DNA of 34,127 bases from Planctomycetota bacterium (lineage in GTDB: Bacteria; Planctomycetota; UBA1135), in NCBI GenBank assembly GCA_045047305.1, contig JASFYO010000070.1, positions 1 to 34,127 on the forward strand, written 5' to 3'. Positions 1 to 11,336 of this stretch are shown piece by piece. Below the pieces are notes generated by a model. That model ran no database searches. It was not told the DNA's origin and saw nothing but the letters and a program-made list of their open reading frames with translations. The translations under genes and the position numbers were made by a program. How positions within the stretch are numbered: the stretch's first letter is position 1; each line of letters begins with the position of its first letter.

Positions 1-97
1 GGAGGGGGCGGATGCGCCGTCCGAGCACCATTTCCAGGTGGCTGAGGAAGTTGTCGGAACCCAAGGGGCGTCCCGTCCGTGTTTTCAGTCGAAGGGC
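1..97 (-). mobile_element. Fragment resembling the C-terminus of a REP-associated tyrosine (IS200-like) transposase
   Basis: Peptide LRLKTRTGRPLGSDNFLSHLEMVLGRRIRPL resembles the 'R.HTRTGRPLGS..F...LE..LGR.LRP' tail I recognise from RAYT-type transposases; only ~32 aa are visible. Confidence 0.45.
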
Positions 98-316
98 TTC
101 TTGGAACTCCGTTTCGGTGTAACAGAAACCGTCGGCGTGGGGACGCACCATGCACAGCACCGGAAGGTCTACGGTTTCTTTTACTTGTAGCAACAGATCT
201 CCGCTTGGAGTGAGGCCATCCAGATCCAAGCGTGAGCAAAGTTCGATTCGATCTGCGCCACCTTTTTGCGCCGCAACCGCTCCAGCTAAAGTTTCGGTGC
301 AAACTTCGAAGATCAT
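1..316 (-). pseudogene. cutC: Copper homeostasis protein CutC, N-terminal ~72 aa only, continuing in frame into unrelated transposase-like sequence; runs off the window edge
   Basis: Not in the ORF track; translated by hand from ATG 316 (GTG 319): MIFEVCTETLAGAVAAQKGGADRIELCSRLDLDGLTPS...LPVLCMVRPHADGFCYTETEFQEA matches the CutC N-terminal signature (EVC, GADRIELC, GLTPS, MVRP, FCY). The following LRLKTRTGRPLGSDNFLSHLEMVLGRRIRPL is not CutC-like. Confidence 0.7.
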
Positions 317-327
317 CACTGCCAAAC

Positions 328-2288
<1,961 letters not shown>

Positions 2289-2292
<4 letters not shown>

Positions 2293-3092
2293 CGTTGATT
2301 CAGTCCGGCGCAAACGCCACGAGGGGAAGTCAAAACAAAGTCGGCAAGTTCGCGCACGGCGGGGAACTCACTGGAGGATAGGGATTGTGCAATCTCACCG
2401 GCAGCAGCTCCAGGAGCAAAAATTGCACGCAGGGCTTTACGGATGGCATCGCACTCAGCGGGTTCAATGCCGGCGCGTTGCAGTCCTATACGGTTGGCAC
2501 CGCGCCAGCGATTGGGGTGTGCGCCGGTCACCATGGAAAAGGGTGGGGCGTCGCGAGTGACCATGGATCCGCCAGCAACCATGGTGAGGCGCCCGACCCG
2601 GGTGAACTGATGCACTGCAGCGTTTCCGGACAGAATGCAGCGTTCGCCGATTTGGGCGTGGCCGCCGAGTGCGCTGCCGTTGACCAGCACCACATCATCG
2701 CCTACCACACAATTGTGTCCGACATGACTGCCGGCCATCATGCGCACGCGCGCGCCCAAAACCGTTGCCTGGCCTTCGCCGGTCGCGCGATGGACTGTGG
2801 TGTGCTCATGAAACTGACAATTTTCTCCAATCCGCACCAAGCTGCGCGCGCCAGCATATTTGTCGTCCTGAGGCTCGCCGCCCAAAACGGTGCCCGCGCG
2901 CAAGATACATCCCTGTCCTAACTCTAATCGTCCTAACAGGTGCACCTGCGGGCCGATACGGCAGCCGTCGCCAATGACCACGCCCGGCTCCACTACGCTA
3001 AAAGGGCCGATTTCCACGCCTAAACCGATTTCGGCACCGGGCATAACCACGGCCGTCGGATGGAAAACGGTCTCGGCGGGGGAGGAACTCAT
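2289..3092 (-). CDS. lpxA: Acyl-[ACP]--UDP-N-acetylglucosamine O-acyltransferase (hexapeptide-repeat acyltransferase)
   Basis: HPTAVV start, hexapeptide repeats, PQDDKY, TVHRAT, SHVGHNC, LGGHAQ, AVHQF, GANRIGLQR and a C-terminal S.RG motif. Confidence 0.88.
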
Positions 3093-3185
3093 GCAGATAG
3101 TCTAGAAAATCTCCTGACTAAGAGGCTCGTGCGGCGTATTCTGAGCGACGTCCGCATCCTACGCTGAAATCTCCGGAGACATCCC

Positions 3186-4559
3186 TTGAATCTGCGAACC
3201 CATCTCGCCGCACTCTGCGGCACCCTACTTCTTTTTTCTGTCCCAGCTGTAGCCCAGGAAACGGGCTATTCCCTTACCTACGTCATCCAAGCGGATGGCG
3301 CATGGGTGGGGCCGGGTGTTTATCTCGAACCTGCGTTTATTCAGATCTCCGACGGCCGTGTCGCCTGGATCAGTGAGAGCGATCAGCGGCGCGAGGGCAA
3401 AAACATGCTCGGGCGGTCCACTGGCAAGACCAAGATGATCACCGTGAAGGGTATTTTGGCCCCTGGCATGGTCGATGCTTGGAGTACCTTCACGCCGTCC
3501 GACTTCCTGCGGGAACGGAGCCCTGGCTCCACCCGCAACGTGGAAGATTCTTTGCCTTTACAGGTGTCTCTGGAGGATCCTCTACTTTATGCCACGGTGA
3601 TCGCTGCACGCCAAGCTGGAGTTTCTGCCACCTATATGGCTGGTGGTCAACGTGGATTACGGCGCGGTGTTGGTACTGCGGTGGAGTTCACAGCGCTTGA
3701 CCTGCCCTTAAAGGCTGGACATCAGGCTCTCGACTTTGCCGTTGGTTCCGCAGCAGTTCCTGGCTTTGAGCGCACATACCAGTCTGAGGAGTTGTGGGAC
3801 GCCTTTGAGGAAGCGCAATCCTGGCGCGCGTCCTGGGATGATTACGATGAGGATGTAGAAAAGTACGCCGAGAAGCTGGAGAAGTATCAGGAGAAACTCG
3901 AGAAGTACCTCACTGAGAAGAAGGAGTGGGATGAGAAGCAAGAGGCCAAGGGGTCGATGGCTGGCGAAGGCGATAGCGATGAAGCCCCCAAGGCTCCCAA
4001 ACGTCCGAAACCCCCTAAAAAGCCAGAGTCCAATGTCGCCCGCGATCTTTTGCTGGGTGCCATGGATGGAGCCACGCAAGTGCGGGTTGTGGCCGATCGC
4101 GTTGCCGATCTCCGCGCCCTCATCCGCCTCAAGCAGGAGTTCCACCTCGATCTTGTCGTGCTTGGCGGTTACGACGCCGATTTCCTCGCAGAAGAACTGG
4201 CCGCGGCTGAAATCCCAGTGATTCTGCCCGTCGTCCAGGATCATCACCTTGGTGCCAACCCTGAGCGTAGTTTTGCCACGCGCTATCTGGCTCTTCGCGA
4301 GGCCAAGGTCACAGTCGCGATTGCCAGTGGCGGGTCCGATGGCGCACAATTGATGCTCCCCTTACGCGCCGGCGAGATCATTGCCGCAGGTGGTTCCGAA
4401 GAAGATGTTTGGGCTTCCCTCACTACCGTACCGGCAAAGCTGCTTGGCCTTACCCATTACGGCACTCTCCATACCGGGATGAGCGCCACCATGATTTTGT
4501 TTGAAGGCTCCAGTCCCTTCGACGCCTCCGCGCCCTTCAAAGCCCACAAGCCGAAGTAG
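3186..4559 (+). CDS. Secreted amidohydrolase-fold protein 1 (metal ligands degenerate) with charged coiled-coil and Pro/Lys insert
   Basis: GGAG RBS before TTG; signal peptide ending AVA-Q; LAPGMVDAWS in place of PGxIDxHxH; C-terminal LTTVPAKLLGL..GTL..G.SA..ILFEGSSP. Confidence 0.8.
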   Translation: MNLRTHLAALCGTLLLFSVPAVAQETGYSLTYVIQADGAWVGPGVYLEPAFIQISDGRVAWISESDQRREGKNMLGRSTGKTKMITVKGILAPGMVDAWSTFTPSDFLRERSPGSTRNVEDSLPLQVSLEDPLLYATVIAARQAGVSATYMAGGQRGLRRGVGTAVEFTALDLPLKAGHQALDFAVGSAAVPGFERTYQSEELWDAFEEAQSWRASWDDYDEDVEKYAEKLEKYQEKLEKYLTEKKEWDEKQEAKGSMAGEGDSDEAPKAPKRPKPPKKPESNVARDLLLGAMDGATQVRVVADRVADLRALIRLKQEFHLDLVVLGGYDADFLAEELAAAEIPVILPVVQDHHLGANPERSFATRYLALREAKVTVAIASGGSDGAQLMLPLRAGEIIAAGGSEEDVWASLTTVPAKLLGLTHYGTLHTGMSATMILFEGSSPFDASAPFKAHKPK

Positions 4560-4561
4560 AG

Positions 4562-5641
4562 ATGCTCCTTTCCACCACCTTACTTTTGTCTGCGCTTGCT
4601 TCACCCATGGCGCAACAAGATGCGGTCATCTTGCAACCTGATGCCATCGTGGCTGCCGACGGAACCCTTCAAGAGGGTATGTCGGTGGTGATTCGTGATG
4701 GACGCATCGTGGAAGTCACCGCCAAGCCTTCGCTAGCCGGAACTTCGGTGCGTCTAGCTGGGGTCCTTGCGCCAGGCATGATCGACACTTTCAGTGGCCG
4801 CGGCGCTGATCTTTTGCTCACCGAGCAATCGCAAATTACCACGCCCGATTTGCTCGCGGCCGATGGTCTGCAGTTGTCCTCCCCAGTGTGGGAGAACCTG
4901 ATGGCGCGTGGCGTGACTGCCGTGCATATCACCCCCGACGCCACCAACGTGGTCGCTGGTTGGGGTGCGTTGGTTGCAACCGGCGGCTCCGAGCGCTTGA
5001 TTGAATCCAAGACCCTCATGATTGGTTCCTTGGTCCAATCGGCGATTAACGACCGTCGCGTGGGGCCAAGTTCCCTAGCTGGCGCAGTGGAGTTGTTGCA
5101 AGCGGCATTCGCCGATCCCCAAGCCAGGGCTTATCGCAGCAACATGTGGTTCTTTGTCGAGAGTGCTGAAAGTGCACGCGCTGTTGTGGCCCTGAACGCC
5201 GATATCAAGCAAAGCTCGAATCACTCCATCTTGATGGGGGATATTGGCACTTATGGCGGTTCCTTCGCAGGCCAATTGGTGGGCTTGCCCACCATGGGTT
5301 ATGGCGCACTTGCACGCCGCGCAGCGACTTGGAAATTGATGCACAAAGCCGGAACGCGTTTTGCATTCGGCACGCGCGCTGGAAACAGTGAATGGGATTC
5401 CTTGCGCACCTCCGCCATGGCCTTGAGTCGCTTCACCGGCGATGCCTCGGCCGCATGGGCCAGTGTCACCTCGAACCCTGCTGAGATGCTCGGTTTGAGT
5501 TCTGAGGTGGGCAGCATAAAAGTTGGAAATCGCGCCGATTTAGTGCTCTGGACCGGACATCCATTGGATTCCACCGCAACCGTGAGCGCAGTGCTCATCC
5601 ACGGTGAAACCGTTTTCCGGGCAACCGGGGAGGAGAACTAA
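4562..5641 (+). CDS. Secreted amidohydrolase-fold protein 2 (metal ligands degenerate)
   Basis: Signal peptide; VVIRDGRIVEV, LAPGMIDTFS, GVTAV, TSNPAEMLGL..VGSIKVGNRADLVLWTGHPLD. Confidence 0.85.
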   Translation: MLLSTTLLLSALASPMAQQDAVILQPDAIVAADGTLQEGMSVVIRDGRIVEVTAKPSLAGTSVRLAGVLAPGMIDTFSGRGADLLLTEQSQITTPDLLAADGLQLSSPVWENLMARGVTAVHITPDATNVVAGWGALVATGGSERLIESKTLMIGSLVQSAINDRRVGPSSLAGAVELLQAAFADPQARAYRSNMWFFVESAESARAVVALNADIKQSSNHSILMGDIGTYGGSFAGQLVGLPTMGYGALARRAATWKLMHKAGTRFAFGTRAGNSEWDSLRTSAMALSRFTGDASAAWASVTSNPAEMLGLSSEVGSIKVGNRADLVLWTGHPLDSTATVSAVLIHGETVFRATGEEN

Positions 5642-5643
5642 AC

Positions 5644-7095
5644 ATGATCCTGAACACCATTTTGAGTTTGTGCTTTGCGCTACCTCTGGCGCAACAAACC
5701 GAATCACTGAGCCTCTCCGTCGACCGCCTCCATGTAGGCAACGGTGAGGTCCTGGAAAATGCATTGGTTGTCCTGAATCATGGCAAAATCGTTTCCGTGG
5801 TGGCTGGCGGTTCCGCTGCAGGTGCCATCCACATTGACGGCGCTGAGCTTTCTCCAGGCTTAGTCGATGCTTTCTCCTTCATGGGAGTGGGTGGAGCCAC
5901 GATGGAAGAGTCGCGTGAATCGACTCCCTCGATTCATTTGGCAGATACGGTTTCTCTAGACGCACCTTCTTTTGCCTTTGCTTTAGAAGAAGGCGTGACT
6001 TCGGCTTATCTTTCGCCGGATAGCTTTAACGTGATTGGTGGTCTTGGAACCGTGGTGAAAACTGGGGGCGGCGTTGCTGCCAACCTATTCGCCGACGTCG
6101 GAAGTTCAGCCCGCGTGATTAAACGAGAAGGTGCCCTGAAGGTGACCCTCGGCAACGATGCTTCTAATGGCAACTTCACTCCACGTGGGCGCTCCACGCG
6201 CGATTTCCATGCGCGGCGTCCGAACACGCGGATGGGCACAGTGTGGGTGGTCCGCCGCGAGTTTTACCGCGCTAAGGCTTATCAAAAAGCCTTGAAGGAT
6301 GGTGCCAAGGTTTATGACAAGGATCTCGAGGTTCTAGTCAAGGTTCTAGAAGGCGAGATTCCTTTGCGTGTGCAGGCACGTCGCAGTCACGATGTGCAAA
6401 CCGCATTACGTTTGCAGGAAGAGTTTGGCTGGCCCAATCTCATCATTGAGGAAGCTACGGAAGGTCAAGAAGCGGCAGTAGAGCTTGCGGCTGCTGGAGT
6501 TTCGGTTGCAACCGGCCCTGCTTATGATGCCCTTAGTCGTGCCATCGCGCTTGGCCCCACGGTCGAAGAGCTGACCTTGCTCGCTGACCCTCCGGCAGTT
6601 TGTTGTGAAGATCTTCACGATGTCGAAGGCCTGCATAGTGGCGACGAAGACAACGGTGTGATTGCACTGAACCATCAAGCACTTAGCTTTTTGGTTGCAT
6701 TAGCTCCGCGTTATGGTGCAGCCAGTGGCCTCAACGGCGGGCGTTTCAGTGAAGGTGGTTCCGCAACGCCGGCGCTTCCTGCTCTTCTCTTTGATGCAGG
6801 TGTCTCGCTTGCGATGGGGTCTGCGGAAGCGCATGACCAGTCACTCACCGAAGCCAGTCTCATTTATCAGGCACGTAATGCTGTCCACTGGGGCATGCCC
6901 GAGGCGGATGCACTGCAAGCCATCACTTCTCGCGCCGCAGAACTCTGCGGCACCGCCGATCACCTCGGCAAAGTCGCAGTCGGTTTTGATGCCGACCTCG
7001 TGCTGTGGTCGGGCAATCCGCTCGATAGCAGCTCCCGTCCTCTTCTTGTGATTCTCGACGGCCGCATCGCGGTCGATAACCGTCCCCAGCAATAG
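5644..7095 (+). CDS. Secreted amidohydrolase-fold protein 3 (metal ligands degenerate)
   Basis: Signal peptide; LSPGLVDAFS, EGVTSAYLSP..NVIGG, ALKVTLG, PNTRMG, GFDADLVLWSGNPLD. Confidence 0.88.
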   Translation: MILNTILSLCFALPLAQQTESLSLSVDRLHVGNGEVLENALVVLNHGKIVSVVAGGSAAGAIHIDGAELSPGLVDAFSFMGVGGATMEESRESTPSIHLADTVSLDAPSFAFALEEGVTSAYLSPDSFNVIGGLGTVVKTGGGVAANLFADVGSSARVIKREGALKVTLGNDASNGNFTPRGRSTRDFHARRPNTRMGTVWVVRREFYRAKAYQKALKDGAKVYDKDLEVLVKVLEGEIPLRVQARRSHDVQTALRLQEEFGWPNLIIEEATEGQEAAVELAAAGVSVATGPAYDALSRAIALGPTVEELTLLADPPAVCCEDLHDVEGLHSGDEDNGVIALNHQALSFLVALAPRYGAASGLNGGRFSEGGSATPALPALLFDAGVSLAMGSAEAHDQSLTEASLIYQARNAVHWGMPEADALQAITSRAAELCGTADHLGKVAVGFDADLVLWSGNPLDSSSRPLLVILDGRIAVDNRPQQ

Positions 7096-7101
7096 TCAGG
7101 C

Positions 7102-8451
7102 ATGCGTAACGCAACCCTCTTTCTAGCTTCCGTCCTTCTTTCTGCACCTGCGTTCGCGCAAGGTGGTTCCATTGCTGTACGCGGTGGGAAAATCATGAAG
7201 GCCGACGGCTCGGTCATCGATGGCGGCACTATGGTCATCGAAAACGGTCGTATCTCCAGTCTCGGTGGTGCCGATCTCGAAGTCCCCTTCGATGTCATTC
7301 TCCACGAGTACCCCGATGCGGTCATCTTCCCCGGTTTCTACGAAGCGCACAGCTCTTCGGGTATGGACCGCGCTAACGAAAACGTTGCGGTTGCTCCTTT
7401 CCTGAATGTCAAAGATTCCATCGACCCAGTTTCCTTCTACTTTGAAGATGAACTGCGTGGCGGCACGGTTGCGATTGGCATCATGCCGGGTAACGCCACT
7501 GTCATCGGTGGGCACGGTCGTGTGGTTGCGCCAAGCGGAATGACCATCGAACAAATGACCTTGGATACAGCCATGGGCATGAAGATTGCAATTGGCCCCA
7601 AGCGCGGATGGAGTCGCAGCACCCAACTTGGTGAGCTGCGCGAAACATTTTCCAAATTGGATCGCGATTTGCGCAAACTCGGACTGAAATTGCAGGAAGC
7701 AGGCAAGCAGAAGGAAGACTTTGCCTCGGTGACGGAGGAGGAAGAGGAAGAGCTTTCGGATGGCGATGCTTGGGATAACGCGGGTGGTTTGCTGCGTTTC
7801 GGCGACGATTTCCCAGGCAAAGATTTGATTTCCGAAGAAGATCTCAATGATGGGCAGCGCGGATTAGTGAATATCCTTAATGGCGATGAGCGGTTGTGGA
7901 TTTGGGCACCAAGTGCAAGCGACGTAGTCACCGCACAAAACTGGCTAACGGAATACGGCATGCTCGATAATGCAGTGCTCGTGGTCACTTCGGCAGCTTG
8001 GAAGGCTTCAGCACAACTTGCTGAAATGGGCCGCCCCGTTGTGATCAGTGGCGACCTTTGGCATGTCGAACGGGATCCGGTGACCTACAAAGAGATCCGT
8101 ACTTTCGCACCGGCTAAGTTTGAGGAAGCAGGCATTGCCTTCGCCATCAGCTCGGTCGAAGGGCGCATGGGGCCAGACCGCTTGTCCTACCAAGCTGCCA
8201 TGTGCATCCGCGAAGGAGTTTCGCGTCAGGTCGCATTGGCAGCCGTCACCACCAACCCAGCTAAGTTCTGGGGCTTGGAAGATGACCTCGGCGATTTCAA
8301 GCAAGGCGCCGACGGAACCTTTGTCGTGTTCGACGGCGATCCACTCGCTATCAGCACTCATGTCCTGGAAGTTTGGATTCGCGGCGTGAAGAGTTACGAC
8401 CGCAGTGAAGACGCACGTCTGAAGCGCCTCGAGGAGGGTCGCATCAAGTGA
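7102..8451 (+). CDS. Secreted amidohydrolase-fold protein 4 (partial metal site)
   Basis: Signal peptide ending AFA-Q; IENGRI, IFPGFYEAHS (one His), PGNATVIGG, MKIAIG, TTNPAKFWGL, FDGDPL. Confidence 0.88.
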   Translation: MRNATLFLASVLLSAPAFAQGGSIAVRGGKIMKADGSVIDGGTMVIENGRISSLGGADLEVPFDVILHEYPDAVIFPGFYEAHSSSGMDRANENVAVAPFLNVKDSIDPVSFYFEDELRGGTVAIGIMPGNATVIGGHGRVVAPSGMTIEQMTLDTAMGMKIAIGPKRGWSRSTQLGELRETFSKLDRDLRKLGLKLQEAGKQKEDFASVTEEEEEELSDGDAWDNAGGLLRFGDDFPGKDLISEEDLNDGQRGLVNILNGDERLWIWAPSASDVVTAQNWLTEYGMLDNAVLVVTSAAWKASAQLAEMGRPVVISGDLWHVERDPVTYKEIRTFAPAKFEEAGIAFAISSVEGRMGPDRLSYQAAMCIREGVSRQVALAAVTTNPAKFWGLEDDLGDFKQGADGTFVVFDGDPLAISTHVLEVWIRGVKSYDRSEDARLKRLEEGRIK

Positions 8452-11336
8452 AGCTCAATACTCTCATCTTTTCCGCGATTGGAGGTGTCTGCCTGTTGGC
8501 GGCCGCGCTCCAAGGCGATGATCGCCAAGAGCCGGCGGCAGCAAATGCGCTGGTTTTAAATGGTGAAGGCCCTGCAAAAGCGTATCACGCTGCGGTGATT
8601 CACACTGCGGGTGCCGCTGGCGTTATCAAAGACGGCTACCTTGTGGTGCAAGATGGCAAGGTCGCGGGCGTGGTAGCGTCGGCAGATGATTTGCCACCCA
8701 TGCTAGCGATGGTCGAACTTGGCCAGGCACACATCATTCCCGGTTTGGTTGCAGCAGATACCACCGTCACTGGGGTTTCTGGGCAAGCCGATCGGACTAT
8801 GGCGGCGCACAACTTAGCGTCGGATTCCTTTGATCCTTGGATGGATACGACCAAGGTCCTAGAGCGCGGCATTACTACCTACTACCTGTCGCCCGATCGT
8901 TCACGTTTGATTGGCGGACGCGGCGCTGTGGTGAAAGCTGCGGGCAAAAACTCCATGTTGCAAACGCACGGCGATTTGCGCATCAACCTCACCAGTGCTG
9001 CGTGGAATCCTCCAGATTACTTCCGGCCGCCGATTCCACCAACGGCAGAGAACCCAATCCTTCCAGCGCAAGCACAAGCGCCAAACTCACGCCCCGGTGC
9101 GTTGTTGGCCTTGCGCCAGACTTATGCAGCGGCTCTTGCGGGTGCAGATACTGACCCCAACCTGATTGGTTTGCAAGAGTACTTAAGCTCCGATGCTGTG
9201 TTGCGTTTGGTCGTCAACACCGCCGATGAGGCGGAGGCTGCGCTCGCTCTGGCCAAGGAATGGGGCCGACGTCCTGTTCTGGCTGGCCTAAGCCAAGCGA
9301 ATGCGGCACAAATGAAGGCTGCGTTGGAGCAGCAGAGGGCAACCTTGTTGTTTGAAGTTCCGCTGTTTATCACCATGCCGGAACTCGACGCCAATTGGCA
9401 GTTCCCAGAGGCGGATTTGCTCGCTGAGATGAGTCCATTGGCACCAGTCGCACTGGAGGCAGGCCCTTATGGGCGTTGGACTTGGTTGCTCGAAGCTGCT
9501 GCTTCCGCCACCAGTTATGGCTTAAGTGAGAGCGATGCGCTTCGCGGAATCACCACCGTGCCGGCCGACATTCTCGGTGTTGGTCAGCGCGTCGGCCGCC
9601 TGGAGAAAGGCTTTGATGCCGACTTTGTTGTGCTCGATGGAGGCCCGCTGGATGCGGCTGCCAGCGTGCAAAAGGTTTACGTGGATGGCAGTAAAGTTTG
9701 GAGCCGCAAAGGAGTGAAAGCTCTGGTTAGCGATGCCGTTGTCATTCGCGCTGGAACTTTATGGACTGGCGATGGCGCGCCAATTGAAGGCGGGGTAGAA
9801 GTCCTGCTTGAAGATGGGCTCATCGTGGCAGCCGGGCGAACGGTGCCGCATCCTGCTGGTGCACGCATTGTGGATGCTGGAGCCGATGCTCACATCACAC
9901 CTGGCTTCATTGACGCCCGTGGATTTATTGGCACCAATGGAGCGCGGCGGATTAACGATCGTGTCGATATCGGACGTCTTGCTGACGGCTCCTTTTTCTC
10001 CGACCGTTGGCGTCCTGTAGCGCAATCTGGCATCACCTCGGTGGTGATGGGCCCGCGCAATTTGTCAACCACCGGCACTCGCGCTGCGGTAGTCAAGACC
10101 GCCGCAGGGGCTGAGTCCGGTTCGCTAGAAGATCGCTTTGTCGTATTCTTCGATGCGCGTTCTTCCGACCACGCAGCCAGCCGCAAGGCCTTGGCCGGTC
10201 AACTTAAGAAAGGGAAAGCTTATTTTGATAAGTGGGAAGCCTTCCGCAAAGAACGCGCGGAGTGGGAGGTCGAGAATGGAAAGAAGACTTCCGATGCACG
10301 TGCGGAAAAGGAAAAGGATCTGCGCATTCGGCTCGCTCAAGGGTCTGCCCCTAAGGTGGAAGAAGTTGTAGTGGAAGAAGTGGAAGAAGTGGAGGTTGTC
10401 GAAGAGGAAGCCAAGCCTGTGGACCCTGTTAACGGGATGTGGGAAGGCCTCTTAGAGCATGAGATGCTTGGGGACGAGGGCATCGAAATCCAAGCCCGCT
10501 TACATCATGAAGGTAAACAGTTAACCGGTATATTTGGAACGCCGGATGCGCCAGACGATACCTTGGAGCTGGAAGGCTCTTTCGAAAACAATGCCATTCA
10601 CTTTGAGTTCCCAACCCAGGTAGGGAATCTCATGATTGACGGCAGCATCGATGCCCCAGATTCCATGTCGGTCAAGATCGAGCTCGCAGGTTTCGGCTCG
10701 GCTGAATTTGTCATGGCTCGCACTGAGGTCGAGGAAGAAGGTGCGGCTCCGATTGCCAAAAAGAAGACGAAGACAGACGATGGTCCACAAGCTCCAGACA
10801 TGAATTGGGGGTTGGAAGGCTCACGCGCAATGTTTGAAGGACGCGCCCGTGCCGTGGTTGCTGCTTCGCGTCGTGACGAAATCGAGAGCGTGTTGGCTCT
10901 CTTTGATGAATACCAACTTCCGGTGCAACTCATGTATGCCGAAGAAGCACTCGACATGGCCGACGAACTCCGAGCACGTGGAGTCGGCATTGTGGTTTCA
11001 CCGAATGTTACCAGCCGACGAGAAAACGTGGATTATGTGGCAGCAGCGGAACTGCATGCCGCTGGAATCCCGATTGCCTTCCAGTCGGACCGTACCCAAG
11101 GCGCACGTTTCTTACCGCAGCTCCTGACCATGGCAACTCGTTACGGTTTGGGTGCAGAGCAAGCACTTGCTGGCCTCACTTCTTCCACCGCAGACATGCT
11201 CGGCATTGCCGATCGTGTCGGCCGAGTGAAAGCTGGACTCGATGGCGACATCGTTATTTTTCAAGGGCCTCCATTTGATCTGCGATCACGGGTGACCCAC
11301 GTCTTTGTCAACGGCCGCGAGGTCCCACAACCGTGA
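8448..11336 (+). CDS. Secreted double amidohydrolase-fold protein 5 (two degenerate domains; extra beta-rich domain inserted in the second)
   Basis: Two copies of the fold: IIPGLVAADT...GFDADFVVLDGGPLD and ITPGFIDARG...GLDGDIVIFQGPPFD. GTGA overlap with the previous stop. Confidence 0.88.
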   Translation: MKLNTLIFSAIGGVCLLAAALQGDDRQEPAAANALVLNGEGPAKAYHAAVIHTAGAAGVIKDGYLVVQDGKVAGVVASADDLPPMLAMVELGQAHIIPGLVAADTTVTGVSGQADRTMAAHNLASDSFDPWMDTTKVLERGITTYYLSPDRSRLIGGRGAVVKAAGKNSMLQTHGDLRINLTSAAWNPPDYFRPPIPPTAENPILPAQAQAPNSRPGALLALRQTYAAALAGADTDPNLIGLQEYLSSDAVLRLVVNTADEAEAALALAKEWGRRPVLAGLSQANAAQMKAALEQQRATLLFEVPLFITMPELDANWQFPEADLLAEMSPLAPVALEAGPYGRWTWLLEAAASATSYGLSESDALRGITTVPADILGVGQRVGRLEKGFDADFVVLDGGPLDAAASVQKVYVDGSKVWSRKGVKALVSDAVVIRAGTLWTGDGAPIEGGVEVLLEDGLIVAAGRTVPHPAGARIVDAGADAHITPGFIDARGFIGTNGARRINDRVDIGRLADGSFFSDRWRPVAQSGITSVVMGPRNLSTTGTRAAVVKTAAGAESGSLEDRFVVFFDARSSDHAASRKALAGQLKKGKAYFDKWEAFRKERAEWEVENGKKTSDARAEKEKDLRIRLAQGSAPKVEEVVVEEVEEVEVVEEEAKPVDPVNGMWEGLLEHEMLGDEGIEIQARLHHEGKQLTGIFGTPDAPDDTLELEGSFENNAIHFEFPTQVGNLMIDGSIDAPDSMSVKIELAGFGSAEFVMARTEVEEEGAAPIAKKKTKTDDGPQAPDMNWGLEGSRAMFEGRARAVVAASRRDEIESVLALFDEYQLPVQLMYAEEALDMADELRARGVGIVVSPNVTSRRENVDYVAAAELHAAGIPIAFQSDRTQGARFLPQLLTMATRYGLGAEQALAGLTSSTADMLGIADRVGRVKAGLDGDIVIFQGPPFDLRSRVTHVFVNGREVPQP

